NCBI GenBank assembly: GCA_008081395.1
Contig: VMCJ01000011.1
Span: 14,264 to 78,263, forward strand
DNA from: Rhodospirillales bacterium
Lineage (GTDB): Bacteria; Pseudomonadota; Alphaproteobacteria; Bin95
DNA: 64,000 nt
Reading direction: 5' to 3'
The number at the start of each line of letters is the position of its first letter. Positions within the stretch are counted from its first letter, which is position 1. The position numbers were made by a program, and so were the translations under genes. The notes beneath the pieces were generated by a model that did no database searches, was not told where the DNA came from, and worked only from the letters and a program-made list of their open reading frames with translations. Shown one piece after another: positions 20,269 to 30,044 of this stretch.

Positions 20269-21854
20269 TAGTGTCTCCCTGCAGATCGTGCTAGTGCAGC
20301 GGTAAGCCATTCTTGATTAAACTGATGTGTTCGTGCCGCGATATGCTGGTCGGGCCGGAAAAGATAAGTTGTTCCTTCCCGCATATTATAACGTTCTTTG
20401 ATTAGACCACTTGGGTCATTTTCTGGACCAATCTGTATTACAAGTATGTCAGTAGGAATATTAGGAGGAGTAGGACCCCATATCATTATCGTAAAATTTT
20501 GACCTATCTGTTTAAGAAGCCAATCCTCCTTACCATCAATTAAAATAGGAGCATCAACTGCGGCAGAACCCGGCAGCAAACCTCTATTAAATGTGCTGGC
20601 ATCACAGGTGATGAGAGGCGAACTTTCATAGCGTGCAGGCACAGAAAGACGGCCACTATTCACCATTCTTCTGGCGAAAGGTTCTTGCCGAGCTAAAGCT
20701 AATACTGCATCTCGAAGATCTTTAACTGCGGCAGATTTTGGAGTCATAAAATCAGTTGAGCGACTTGAGTTTTTGATGTTTTCATCCGCTGCGGGAATTC
20801 GTTCTGCTTCATAGCTGTCTAGTAAATTATCTGGCGCCTCTCCTTTGATAACTTTAGCTAACTTCCAGGCAAGATTATCGGCGTCTTGTACCCCACCGTT
20901 GCCCCCACGTGCGCCAAACGGTGAAACTTGGTGGGCACTATCGCCAGCAAAAAAGATGTTGTTATGTCTAAATTTTTCGAGCCGACGGCATCTAAACGAG
21001 TAAAGGCTTATCCACTCAATTTCGAAGGGAATATCAGAACCAAGCATACGTTCTATACGACCTCGGACTTTGTCCTCTTTAATCTCTTCTTCTGGATCAG
21101 CGTTGGCCGCGATCTGAAGGTCAATTCGCCAAACCCCATCAGGCTGTTTATGCAGAAGAGCTGATTGGCCATCATGAAATGGGGGCTCGAACCAAAACCA
21201 CCTTTCCGAGGGAAAATTAGCTTTCATAAAAACATCTGTGATGAGAAAACGGTCATCAAATGCCCGTCCAACGAAAGGTAAGTTTAAGGCCTTTCGTATG
21301 GTTGAATGAGCTCCGTCACACGCAATCACATAACTAGCATCAAGCTTATAGGCTCCATCAGGGGTTTCGATACCGAGGCTTGCCCCCTCATCATGAACCT
21401 CTAGCCCTACCACTGCATGTTTCCACCGCAGCTCTATCCCAGGTGTGGTCTCAGCCTTTTGGACTAAAAAATCTTCTACGTAATACTGTTGTATATTGAT
21501 AAATGCAGGCCAGGCATGGCCCGGTTCTGGCAAAAGATCAAAATTGTAGATTTCGTCATCTTGGAAGAATAGGCGCCCTTTATTCCAGATCACGCCTTTT
21601 TCTTCTAACAGTTTGCCAATGCCTATCCGGTCAAAAATTTCCAATGTTCGTTTGGACATGCAAATAAGCCGAGATCCGTGGCTTGTAGTATCATCATCAT
21701 CTAGCAATGTTACGCTAATGCCACGTTGAGCGAGGTCAATCGCGACAGTCAAACCCACAGGCCCCGCTCCGACGATAGCAACCTTGGTGCTATCTTTTCC
21801 GGACTTAGGAGCAGGTGGGGCTATGAATTTTGGATGGGTATAACCTTTAGGCAT
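20268..21854 (-). CDS. FAD-dependent aromatic hydroxylase (MhpA / 3-(3-hydroxyphenyl)propionate hydroxylase-like)
   Basis: GxGxxG dinucleotide-binding fold (VAIVGAGPVGLTVAIDL), a DG motif and a GD motif (FFAGDSAH) are present. Length is 528 aa. Confidence 0.75.
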   Translation of the reverse strand: MPKGYTHPKFIAPPAPKSGKDSTKVAIVGAGPVGLTVAIDLAQRGISVTLLDDDDTTSHGSRLICMSKRTLEIFDRIGIGKLLEEKGVIWNKGRLFFQDDEIYNFDLLPEPGHAWPAFINIQQYYVEDFLVQKAETTPGIELRWKHAVVGLEVHDEGASLGIETPDGAYKLDASYVIACDGAHSTIRKALNLPFVGRAFDDRFLITDVFMKANFPSERWFWFEPPFHDGQSALLHKQPDGVWRIDLQIAANADPEEEIKEDKVRGRIERMLGSDIPFEIEWISLYSFRCRRLEKFRHNNIFFAGDSAHQVSPFGARGGNGGVQDADNLAWKLAKVIKGEAPDNLLDSYEAERIPAADENIKNSSRSTDFMTPKSAAVKDLRDAVLALARQEPFARRMVNSGRLSVPARYESSPLITCDASTFNRGLLPGSAAVDAPILIDGKEDWLLKQIGQNFTIMIWGPTPPNIPTDILVIQIGPENDPSGLIKERYNMREGTTYLFRPDQHIAARTHQFNQEWLTAALARSAGRH

Positions 21855-21928
21855 GGATATAAAATTTGTGAATGCGACGGCGTTTAAATGGTCTTGGCGA
21901 TAACACCTGTCATCTGAAGCCGGCCTCC

Positions 21929-22468
21929 TTACCCTTTAGCAGCACTTGGTGTCATTAATAACCGGAATGGCCCAAGCATGGCTAAGGCTATAACAACTTT
22001 GACAAGAAAATCCCCAACCAGAAGAGTAGTCCATGGAACCGAGGTGCCATAGAAAGCCAAGCTGAAAAATAGCGCAGTATCAAGGGCAGAAGCCGCGGTG
22101 GTTGACACCAAAGGAGCTCGCCACCACGAACCAACCCTGAGTTGGTCAAAGATTTTAACATCCAAAAGCTGAGCAGCCATAAAAGCTGTCACCGAAGCCA
22201 AGGCTATTCGTGGACCTGCAAGAATAATTGAGACAACTGCCGCAACGCCGAAGCCAACATACACAACTCGGCGAGCTACTTTTGGTCCGTCCGCACGATT
22301 TATAAGATCAGTTACTAAAAATGTAATTGGGTAAGTCAGTGCGCCCCAGGTTAGCCATTCATTAATTGGATGTTGAACCAAAATATTGGAGGCAACAATA
22401 AGTAATACCATGGCGGCAATCGCAGCAATAAAGCGTTTGTTACCCCAAGTTTTTTGAGAAACAGGCAT
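21929..22468 (-). CDS. YhhQ/VUT family membrane protein (putative queuosine-precursor transporter)
   Basis: Polytopic 179-aa protein whose conserved blocks align with E. coli YhhQ (xSNxLVQ, TWGAxxxPxxFLxTDL, RWWxAPxxSTxxxxxxDTxxFFxxAF). Confidence 0.55.
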   Translation of the reverse strand: MPVSQKTWGNKRFIAAIAAMVLLIVASNILVQHPINEWLTWGALTYPITFLVTDLINRADGPKVARRVVYVGFGVAAVVSIILAGPRIALASVTAFMAAQLLDVKIFDQLRVGSWWRAPLVSTTAASALDTALFFSLAFYGTSVPWTTLLVGDFLVKVVIALAMLGPFRLLMTPSAAKG

Positions 22469-23166
22469 CAGTGAATGTCCTTAGGGCCCAGCATGGCATT
22501 TTTTAATTTTTCAAAGCTGAATTCTTGGGACTTACACAAATCTAGAATTATTTTTTCTTTAGCTGCCACTCGTCCAGCTGCAGCTACAACTTCTCCCGCC
22601 ACTTCTTTTGGCACTACGACAGCGCCGTGTTGGTCAGCATGGATGAGATCATCATGCTCGACGACCATACCGGAAACTGTAACTTGGCAACCAAAGTCGA
22701 GCATATGAACGTGCGCGTGGCTCGGTTTAATTGAACCGGCGAGAGCCTGGAAACCTTCTGCCCAGTCTGGGATATCTCGAATACATCCGTCGGTGACGAC
22801 GCCTATAGCACCTAAGGCTTTGTGCACATTTGAATTCACCTCGCCCCAGAAAGCTCCGTGGCCTGCATTCGGGCCGTCTAAATCTTGCAAGATAGCAATT
22901 CTTGGCAGCTCGCCTTTGGATACGTACTCGTAGTAAGAGACCCGCTTATCGGCTCCGATAGATTTATTTGGACGAACCGACCTGATCATGCCTGTTCGAG
23001 CAACCCCTACTATAGGTTTAAGATTAGGGAACGGACAGACTAAAGGTTCCGTTGTAAATCCTCGATCTCGAAATTTGTTATCAATTTCTTCCAGAGCATT
23101 ACACACTGTCGGTGTATCGAGCGCCGCAAGATTAGAAAGTAATTCTGCAGTAATAACCGTCATCAT
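22468..23166 (-). CDS. RraA family protein (aldolase / RNase E inhibitor-like fold)
   Basis: RraA-like signature GVVTDGCIRDIPD. Length is 232 aa. Its stop overlaps the start of the downstream YhhQ-like gene. Confidence 0.65.
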   Translation of the reverse strand: MMTVITAELLSNLAALDTPTVCNALEEIDNKFRDRGFTTEPLVCPFPNLKPIVGVARTGMIRSVRPNKSIGADKRVSYYEYVSKGELPRIAILQDLDGPNAGHGAFWGEVNSNVHKALGAIGVVTDGCIRDIPDWAEGFQALAGSIKPSHAHVHMLDFGCQVTVSGMVVEHDDLIHADQHGAVVVPKEVAGEVVAAAGRVAAKEKIILDLCKSQEFSFEKLKNAMLGPKDIH

Positions 23167-23269
23167 GAGGTTCCTATAAAATAAGCTTTAACAATTCTGT
23201 TAGCTTGGCTGATTTAGATAGCCTAAAGGGCTATTTTTAATGAAAATCGGTACGCATCTCTTAGGCTGA

Positions 23270-24067
23270 TCATAGACCCAAGACATCATTCATTGTGTAT
23301 AGCCCTGCGGGCTTGCCGTGTATCCAACTAGCAGAACGGACAGCCCCCCGCACGAAGAGCGAGCGGTCTGTGCATCTATGAACCAATTCTAGACGTTCAC
23401 CTGCGCCTGCGAACATAACGGTATGCTCGCCGACCACATCCGCTCCTCTCAGGGTTGCGAACCCAATCGCCCCATCAGGTCTTTCTCCTGTCTCACCCTC
23501 TCGTGACCAAATTGCTACATCATCTAAGTTAACACCCCTGCCTCTAGCTGCTGCCTTGCCGAGGCCAACAGCTGTACCTGATGGAGCGTCAATTTTATGT
23601 TTGTGATGCATTTCCATAATCTCGATGTCGTACTCAGGGTCTAGAATGCTAGCCACACGTTCAACGAGATTCATAAATACATTCACAACAACGCTCATGT
23701 TTGGAGCGTAGACAATAGGAATTTTTTTGCCGGCTGAAGCAAGCTCAGCCTCTTGATTGGCATCTAAGCCAGTAGTTCCTGTGACGTAGGCGGTATTATG
23801 CTTTGCCGCTAATTTAGCATGTTGGGCAGTAGCGGTTGGGATGGAGAATTCGATTGCAACGTCCACTGTTTGAATGACGGTTTCTGCATCCCCTTCAACG
23901 GTTACTCCGATAGATCCGATCCCTGCAAGTTCACCCGCATCTTGTCCAATGAGTTCTGAACCAGGCACTTCAGAGGCCGCTACGACTTCCATATTCTTTG
24001 CTTCATGGCAGAGTTTTACGATTAGCCTGCCCATGCGCCCACCTGCACCAATAACCCCTACTCTCAT
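23270..24067 (-). CDS. dapB: 4-hydroxy-tetrahydrodipicolinate reductase
   Basis: N-terminal NAD-binding MRVGVIGAGGRMG and DapB C-terminal domain motifs (EIxExHHxxKxDAPSGTA) are present. Confidence 0.85.
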   Translation of the reverse strand: MRVGVIGAGGRMGRLIVKLCHEAKNMEVVAASEVPGSELIGQDAGELAGIGSIGVTVEGDAETVIQTVDVAIEFSIPTATAQHAKLAAKHNTAYVTGTTGLDANQEAELASAGKKIPIVYAPNMSVVVNVFMNLVERVASILDPEYDIEIMEMHHKHKIDAPSGTAVGLGKAAARGRGVNLDDVAIWSREGETGERPDGAIGFATLRGADVVGEHTVMFAGAGERLELVHRCTDRSLFVRGAVRSASWIHGKPAGLYTMNDVLGL

Positions 24068-24232
24068 TTGCTATGCTCCTTGCACTCGCAAAAAAAACCA
24101 ACTTACTTTATTCCATAAAGGGTGTTGCAGAGATTAAAAATCCCTAGGGCGAGGAGCAGAGAATTTTTTACGCACCGCTAAGTGCAAATTAACGCTCCTC
24201 AAAACCAAACAATATTTATGATTGGGTGGAAG

Positions 24233-24309
24233 TGGCGGGAGTGACGGGGCTCGAACCCGCGACCTCTGGCGTGACAGGCCAGCGCTCTAACCAACTGAGC
24301 TACACCCCC
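24233..24309 (-). tRNA. tRNA-Asp (anticodon GTC)
   Basis: The reverse complement gives GGGGGTGTAGCTCAGTTGGTTAGAGC...CCTGTCACGCCAG...GGTTCGAGCCCCGTCACTCCCGCCA. This has a cloverleaf, a CTGTCAC anticodon loop and an encoded CCA. Confidence 0.85.
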
Positions 24310-24391
24310 TTGAGAGGTCTATTTTTTTAAACCCTCTGGAGACGGCGGTTAATACGGACCACCATCGTTTTCGTCAATAGGTACCCTTCAA

Positions 24392-25168
24392 TTAGGTTAA
24401 GTACACCCCGCCATTTATATGGATTGTTTGCCCGGTGGTGTAGGCTCCCTCTGGCGTACATAACAGTCGAACCATGCCGGCAATCTCATCAACTGTTCCC
24501 ATTCTATTCAGGGGAATGCCACGATCATTCATTCCTGGGCGAGCGCCAGCTGATGCACCGCGGGTTGTATCGATCATCCCTGGTGCGACAGCGTTTACAT
24601 TAATTCCATGCGGAGCCATTTCTCGGGCTAGACCCCTTGTAAAACCTTCCAATCCAGCCTTGGCCGCGTTCACATGGATTCGATTTAGCGTTCCCACGCG
24701 ATTAGAAATGCCACTGAGTGTAACTATTGCGCCACCTTCGCCATTTGCCACCATATGCTTTGCACAGGATTGGCAAACATTAAAAGCACCATCAAGCGCA
24801 ACGCTGATTACGCCTTTCCATTCATCAAAGGGCATATCAAGGAATGGTGTCTGTTTACGATGGGCTGCATTTGATACTGCAATATCTATGCGACCAAATT
24901 TTTCCATTGTAGCTTCAACCATAGCATCAACGGCAGCGCGATCGGTGACATCGGCTAGGAAAGGCAAAGCTTGGATGCCGTAGGTTTGCTCAAGCATCGC
25001 GGCTGTTTCATCTACTGCAGCCTGATCAAAGCGTCCATTTACAACAATATTGGCGCCAACAGCTGCTAGATGTTCCGCTATTCGCTGACCAATATTTTTT
25101 CCAGCGCCTGTAATTACAGCAGTTTTGCCCGCTAGAACTTTTGCTCCTGGGTCGATCATCAAGGTCAC
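24392..25168 (-). CDS. SDR family oxidoreductase
   Basis: TGAGKNIG Rossmann motif and a YxxxK active site are present. Length is 258 aa. Confidence 0.8.
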   Translation of the reverse strand: MTLMIDPGAKVLAGKTAVITGAGKNIGQRIAEHLAAVGANIVVNGRFDQAAVDETAAMLEQTYGIQALPFLADVTDRAAVDAMVEATMEKFGRIDIAVSNAAHRKQTPFLDMPFDEWKGVISVALDGAFNVCQSCAKHMVANGEGGAIVTLSGISNRVGTLNRIHVNAAKAGLEGFTRGLAREMAPHGINVNAVAPGMIDTTRGASAGARPGMNDRGIPLNRMGTVDEIAGMVRLLCTPEGAYTTGQTIHINGGVYLT

Positions 25169-25210
25169 CTAGCTTCTGTAGTTAAAAAAAACGCCGCTCT
25201 AGAGCGGCGA

Positions 25211-25286
25211 TGGTGGGCGATGACAGACTCGAACTGCCGACATCCTCGGTGTAAACGAGGCGCTCTACCAACTGAGCTAATCGCCC
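25211..25286 (-). tRNA. tRNA-Val (anticodon TAC)
   Basis: The reverse complement gives GGGCGATTAGCTCAGTTGGTAGAGCGCCTCGTTTACACCGAGG...GGTTCGAGTCTGTCATCGCCCACC, with a TTTACAC anticodon loop. Confidence 0.85.
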
Positions 25287-25351
25287 GATGCGCTATAACC
25301 TTTTAGTGTTAGGCGGCATACACAAGTGTAAGCCGCCTAACAACTAAAAAA

Positions 25352-25624
25352 TTAATTTAAAGCGTCTTTAAGGCCTTTACCTGCCTTGAACTTAGGCTGC
25401 TTTGACGCTTTGATTTGGATGGTTTCGCCGGTGCGTGGGTTGCGACCAGTTGTTGCCGCACGGCTTGCTACGGCGAATGTACCGAAACCAACAATGCGCA
25501 CATCATCGCCCTTTTTAAGGGCGCCCTCGATGGCATTGAATACGGCATCAATGGCATTTCCGGCATCGGCTTTAGTGATACCAGCTTCTTCCGCTACTGC
25601 GGCGACGAGTTCATTTTTATTCAC
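25352..25624 (-). CDS. HU family DNA-binding protein
   Basis: 91-aa protein with a (V)NKNELVAAVAE... HU signature. The GTG start is preceded by AATAGGGGAG. The longer 131-aa ORF-track version has no homologous N-terminal extension. Confidence 0.85.
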   Translation of the reverse strand: MNKNELVAAVAEEAGITKADAGNAIDAVFNAIEGALKKGDDVRIVGFGTFAVASRAATTGRNPRTGETIQIKASKQPKFKAGKGLKDALN

Positions 25625-25790
25625 TTGCTGCTCCCCTATTCTGAGTCCATTCCCATTGCTGGAGTGAACAAAACCAGGTGTTTCTAATAAATCGCAGAAT
25701 ACAGGCGATCGAGCTGCCGTCAACGCGATAGTGCATTGGATTATCAACAGCTAAAAAAAGGCCTCGCAAAAAATTTGTGAGGGGAGCAAC

Positions 25791-26732
25791 ATGGTTTCTC
25801 AGGAGAAGAATATGAGCGAGCAAACAAAGCGCTACCGGGATGGCCCTGGCTACGACCATAAACTGTATCCTTGGAGCACGCTTAATGGACGGAAATCATT
25901 ACAATGGCCAGGAGGCGCTAGAATTGCACTTGCCTGCTTTGTGCACCTGGAAAATTTCGAAATTGACCCTCCACGTGGAGCAATTGCCGATCCACGATTT
26001 GGTGGAGCGCTAGGGTCTTACGACCCTGATTATCAAAATCACACTAGGCGATTACATGGATTGCGTGTTGGGTATTTTCGTGTGTTGGAAATTCTGGAGA
26101 GGTATGGGGTTAAGGCAACAATTACCTTCAACTCTTCAGTAGCTGAAAGTTATCCCTACCTAGTAGAACGTGCTCTCAAGGGCGGCCACGGTTTGGTAGC
26201 TAGGGGTGTTTCCGCTCGTCAGATGATTTCTCAAAGCATGAGCGAACAAGAAGAAAAAACACACATCCAGCATAGTATTGATACCCTTGAGAGGATTTCT
26301 GGTCGTTCAGTCAAAGGCTGGGCTGGTCAAGATATGGGAGAGAGCGATAGGACCCCGAGGATACTCAAAGAGTTAGGGTTAACTCACGTTATAGATTGGC
26401 CGAACGATGATATTCCATACCCTATGGATGTATCAGGAAAGGGTGATACTCCCCTCATTTCTATTCCTAATCAGACAGAATGGGATGATGCTGAACTTTT
26501 CGCTGTACGGCATGTGGACCCCTGGAGATATCCTGAAATATTCCGAAGCGCCTTTAATCATCTCTACAATGAAGGCGGTCAGATGTTTGGTTTTGGCGTC
26601 CATCCATGGATTTTTGGACAGGCTTTTCGCATTAAATATCTAGAAGAGGCAATTTCTGTCACCGAGGACATGCCTGGTATTTGGAGGGCCACGTCAGACG
26701 AAATTGCAGAATGGACAATTTCAAACCTCTAG
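25791..26732 (+). CDS. polysaccharide deacetylase family protein
   Basis: NodB-type deacetylase-like fold with conserved His/Asp blocks. Length is 313 aa. Confidence 0.65.
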   Translation: MVSQEKNMSEQTKRYRDGPGYDHKLYPWSTLNGRKSLQWPGGARIALACFVHLENFEIDPPRGAIADPRFGGALGSYDPDYQNHTRRLHGLRVGYFRVLEILERYGVKATITFNSSVAESYPYLVERALKGGHGLVARGVSARQMISQSMSEQEEKTHIQHSIDTLERISGRSVKGWAGQDMGESDRTPRILKELGLTHVIDWPNDDIPYPMDVSGKGDTPLISIPNQTEWDDAELFAVRHVDPWRYPEIFRSAFNHLYNEGGQMFGFGVHPWIFGQAFRIKYLEEAISVTEDMPGIWRATSDEIAEWTISNL

Positions 26733-26741
26733 GATTTACGC

Positions 26742-27854
26742 TCAAGCAAGCCGCATTTTAGTTTTTGAACGGATCATGTCGAAGTCGATATCGGCGCCTA
26801 GCCCAGGACGTTCGATAGCATGAACGTGCCCATCTACGATCTCTATGTCAGGGTTGAGGCCATATTTTTGAGCACCAGCAGGTAAGAGTACCTCAAAGAA
26901 AGACGTGTTGGGGATGGCCATTGCAAGATGAAGGTTTGCTACATTGTTCAGAGAATTACCTCCATGGTGGATTTCGTAATTCATTTTAAAAGCCTCGGCG
27001 AGGTGGGCTGCTTTTAAGCAGCCAGTAAGCCCTCCTTTCACAGCCACATCACCTCTTAAATAGTCCGTCGCCTGCATTATCAACCAAGGAGCATACGAAT
27101 AGAGTCCGCCAGGCGAGTACTCAGTTGCCATCAAAGGAATGGAGAGTTTTTGGCGAAGTTTTGGATAATTTAATAAATCTTCCTCGTCGAGAGGATCTTC
27201 AAACCAGTGGAAGTTTAAGTCTTCGATAACACGGCCAACCTTAAGCGCCGCTGGATAGTCATAGGCCCAAGTGCTATCCAACATTAAGCGATAATCATCG
27301 CCCACAGAGCGTCTAACCGCATTGCAAACCTTGATGTCCAGATCGGGGTCAGTGGGAGGGTGGATTTTGTAGGCGGCCCAGCCATCCTCCATAAATGTCA
27401 GTGCTTCTTCAGCATACGCTTCTGGAGTGTCTAGAACGGCAGAAGATGCATAAGCAGGGATTTTATCTCTGAACTGGCCAATAAGCTTAGCGATGGGCAG
27501 CCCAGCAATTTTGCCTGCTATGTCCCAAAGTGCAATGTCACATGCTCCAATTGCACGGAGAGTAGTCGTACGATTTTTACGATATAGTTTTTTGTAAATG
27601 AGCTCTCGGTCTAGTGGGTTTTGACCCATCAGGACAGGCTTCAAATAATGGATCAGGCTTTCCCCATCCATCTGGGCACCACGGTTAGCTGAGCCAAGAA
27701 AGGCATGCCCGTCGACACCATCGCGCGTTCTTACTGTTAGTAAGCCAAGTTGGCTGGCACCAGCAAAAGTACCAGTATGATTTCCATACTGAGTTGGTGG
27801 AATATCGTCCCAGGCAAAGAGGTCCAGGGTAACATCATCTATTACGTCAGCCAT
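26742..27854 (-). CDS. enolase-superfamily enzyme (mandelate racemase / muconate lactonizing enzyme family)
   Basis: MR/MLE N-terminal capping domain and C-terminal TIM barrel. Metal-binding acidic residues are spaced as in the family. Length is 370 aa. Confidence 0.7.
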   Translation of the reverse strand: MADVIDDVTLDLFAWDDIPPTQYGNHTGTFAGASQLGLLTVRTRDGVDGHAFLGSANRGAQMDGESLIHYLKPVLMGQNPLDRELIYKKLYRKNRTTTLRAIGACDIALWDIAGKIAGLPIAKLIGQFRDKIPAYASSAVLDTPEAYAEEALTFMEDGWAAYKIHPPTDPDLDIKVCNAVRRSVGDDYRLMLDSTWAYDYPAALKVGRVIEDLNFHWFEDPLDEEDLLNYPKLRQKLSIPLMATEYSPGGLYSYAPWLIMQATDYLRGDVAVKGGLTGCLKAAHLAEAFKMNYEIHHGGNSLNNVANLHLAMAIPNTSFFEVLLPAGAQKYGLNPDIEIVDGHVHAIERPGLGADIDFDMIRSKTKMRLA

Positions 27855-27893
27855 TTGCCTCCCCTAATTACTTGGGTCCTGCTTTGCCAAGTA

Positions 27894-29852
27894 TTACTCA
27901 AACGTCATGATGGTTTCGTCGGCAGCGAGGCTAACACCTGCTTCCACTAACACACTAGAAACCGTGGATGACTTCTCGGCTCGAAGCACGTTTTCCATTT
28001 TCATAGCTTCAACGATCGCGAGAGCCTGACCAGGTTCGACAGTATCGCCTTCAGAAACAAGCACTGTCTTGAGTAGCCCCGGCATAGGTGACAGTAAGAG
28101 GTTCGAAGTGTCCGGTTCCTGCTTCTCGGGCATGAGGTTGTAAAGTGCTGCTACACCAGGAGACAGAACAAGCGCCCTCGACTCTGTTCCGCGATGGGTT
28201 AGGCTGTATCCCGCACCGTCACGATCGATTTGAACGGCGACAAGGGTGCCGTCAATTTTTCCATCAAAAATTAGAGATGCTGGATCAAGATTGCCCTCAA
28301 GCCTTATCGAACGCTCAGCCAACTTTACGATAGCCCCGTCTGCTTCCAGGCTAACATTTACATCTCTTCTCTCGTCTCCAATACAGACGGTAAACTCTAA
28401 TTCATGAGAGATCTCTCTCTCTCTTCGAATTTGGGTCGCATGGCGCGCAGCAGAAACTGATGAGAGAACATCCATGCGCGTTGGAACAAGTTCCGTCTCT
28501 ACAAAACCATCACTGAATTCTTCATCAATGAAGGCTGTAGAAATTTGGCCCTCCCGAAATCGATTGTGGTCAACCACTGCTGATAGAAAAGTAAGATTGT
28601 GACGAATTCCCCTGACCTGGAATTTGTCTAGTGCGAGACTCATACGATCTATGGCCTCTGTGCGATTGGCACCATGCGTAACCAACTTCGCCAGCATAGG
28701 ATCATAGAACATCGATACTTCACCGCCCTCGGCGACACCGGTATCTACACGCACATAATTTGTCTCTGCAGGCGGACGATAGCGGGTAAGGCGTCCAATC
28801 GATGGCGCAAAATTGCGCGTGGGGTCTTCGGCATACAACCGACACTCAAGTGACCAGCCGTTAATTTTAAGGTCTTCCTGACCGAAGGATAGGTTCTCGC
28901 CATTGGCAACACGGAGCATCTGTTCAACGAGATCCAGCCCCGTAATCATTTCAGTTACTGGGTGCTCCACCTGCAGTCGAGTGTTCATTTCCAGAAAATA
29001 GAAATCACGGTTGGGACCAACAATAAATTCAACCGTACCTGCAGATTGGTAGCCTACGGCTTTCGCTAGTGATACAGCTTGAGCACCCATTTTATTCCGG
29101 GTTGCTTCATCCAAAAACGGGCTAGGGGCTTCTTCAACAACTTTCTGATGACGCCGCTGGATAGAGCACTCACGCTCGAAGAGATGGACAACGTTACCGT
29201 GGCTGTCAGCCAGCACCTGAATTTCGATGTGTCTTGGTTCTACTACAAATTTTTCAATGAAGACGCGGTCATCACCAAAACTCGATTTTGCTTCTGAGGC
29301 GGCGCGCACGAGCCCATCACGTGTTTCTTCATCGTTAAATGCAATTCGCATCCCTTTGCCACCACCACCAGCTGATGCCTTTAGCATTACTGGGTAGCCA
29401 ATTTCATTGGCTATTTTCACTGCTTCATCGGGATCGGAAATTGCGTCTGCGGATCCGGGTACGGTTGATACACCCGCTTCTTTGGCGAGTCGTTTTGATT
29501 CGATTTTATCGCCCATTGCATCGATGGCATTGGGTGGTGGTCCGATGAATACTAATCCTGCCTCTGCAACCGAGCGGGCAAAATTTGCATTCTCAGAAAG
29601 AAATCCGAAGCCGGGATGAATGGCTTCTGCTCCTGTATCCTTTGCGGCCTGAATTATTTTGTCTGCGAGGAGATAGCTTTCTGCTGCAGCTGGTGGCCCG
29701 ATATGAACCGCTTCATCAGCCTGCAACACGTGGGGACTATCGATATCTGCATCTGAAAAAATCGCTACTGTTTCCACGCCCATACGCTTTGCCGTTTTAA
29801 TTACGCGACACGCAATTTCGCCACGATTTGCGATTAGGATCTTGGAAAACAT
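27894..29852 (-). CDS. biotin carboxylase with C-terminal biotin carboxyl carrier domain (acyl-CoA carboxylase alpha-subunit type)
   Basis: MFxKILIANRGEIAxRVIxTA biotin carboxylase N-terminus, an ATP-grasp domain and a C-terminal biotinyl motif (EAMKM) are present. Length is 652 aa. Confidence 0.85.
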   Translation of the reverse strand: MFSKILIANRGEIACRVIKTAKRMGVETVAIFSDADIDSPHVLQADEAVHIGPPAAAESYLLADKIIQAAKDTGAEAIHPGFGFLSENANFARSVAEAGLVFIGPPPNAIDAMGDKIESKRLAKEAGVSTVPGSADAISDPDEAVKIANEIGYPVMLKASAGGGGKGMRIAFNDEETRDGLVRAASEAKSSFGDDRVFIEKFVVEPRHIEIQVLADSHGNVVHLFERECSIQRRHQKVVEEAPSPFLDEATRNKMGAQAVSLAKAVGYQSAGTVEFIVGPNRDFYFLEMNTRLQVEHPVTEMITGLDLVEQMLRVANGENLSFGQEDLKINGWSLECRLYAEDPTRNFAPSIGRLTRYRPPAETNYVRVDTGVAEGGEVSMFYDPMLAKLVTHGANRTEAIDRMSLALDKFQVRGIRHNLTFLSAVVDHNRFREGQISTAFIDEEFSDGFVETELVPTRMDVLSSVSAARHATQIRREREISHELEFTVCIGDERRDVNVSLEADGAIVKLAERSIRLEGNLDPASLIFDGKIDGTLVAVQIDRDGAGYSLTHRGTESRALVLSPGVAALYNLMPEKQEPDTSNLLLSPMPGLLKTVLVSEGDTVEPGQALAIVEAMKMENVLRAEKSSTVSSVLVEAGVSLAADETIMTFE

Positions 29853-30044
29853 GCTTGCTCTCTCACTTATGGAACTGTTTTTTTATTATATACCAACAAA
29901 GTTTCCTGCAGCCGCTTTAGCATCGAGAAGTAATGGCAGGCTGCGGGAGGATCTCTGTGATTTTTGCCTATCTTAAATATCGGCTTGGTCAGAATTTGTC
30001 ATCTGCTTGGAGAGATCCTTATTAGCTCCCTCTCCAGAAAAAAT

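Noticed and set aside
25301-25340. Perfect 10-bp inverted repeat GTTAGGCGGC...GCCGCCTAAC just downstream of the HU gene
   Set aside because: It is not followed by a U-tract on either strand, so it is not a canonical intrinsic terminator. It may be an RNA processing or stability element between HU and tRNA-Val. There is no further support.
29895-30044. Two hairpins (CTGCAGCC...GGCTGCGG and TGGAGAG...CTCTCCA) between the biotin carboxylase and GMC oxidoreductase genes
   Set aside because: They have weak or imperfect stems and lack U-tracts in the relevant orientation. They were not reported as terminators.
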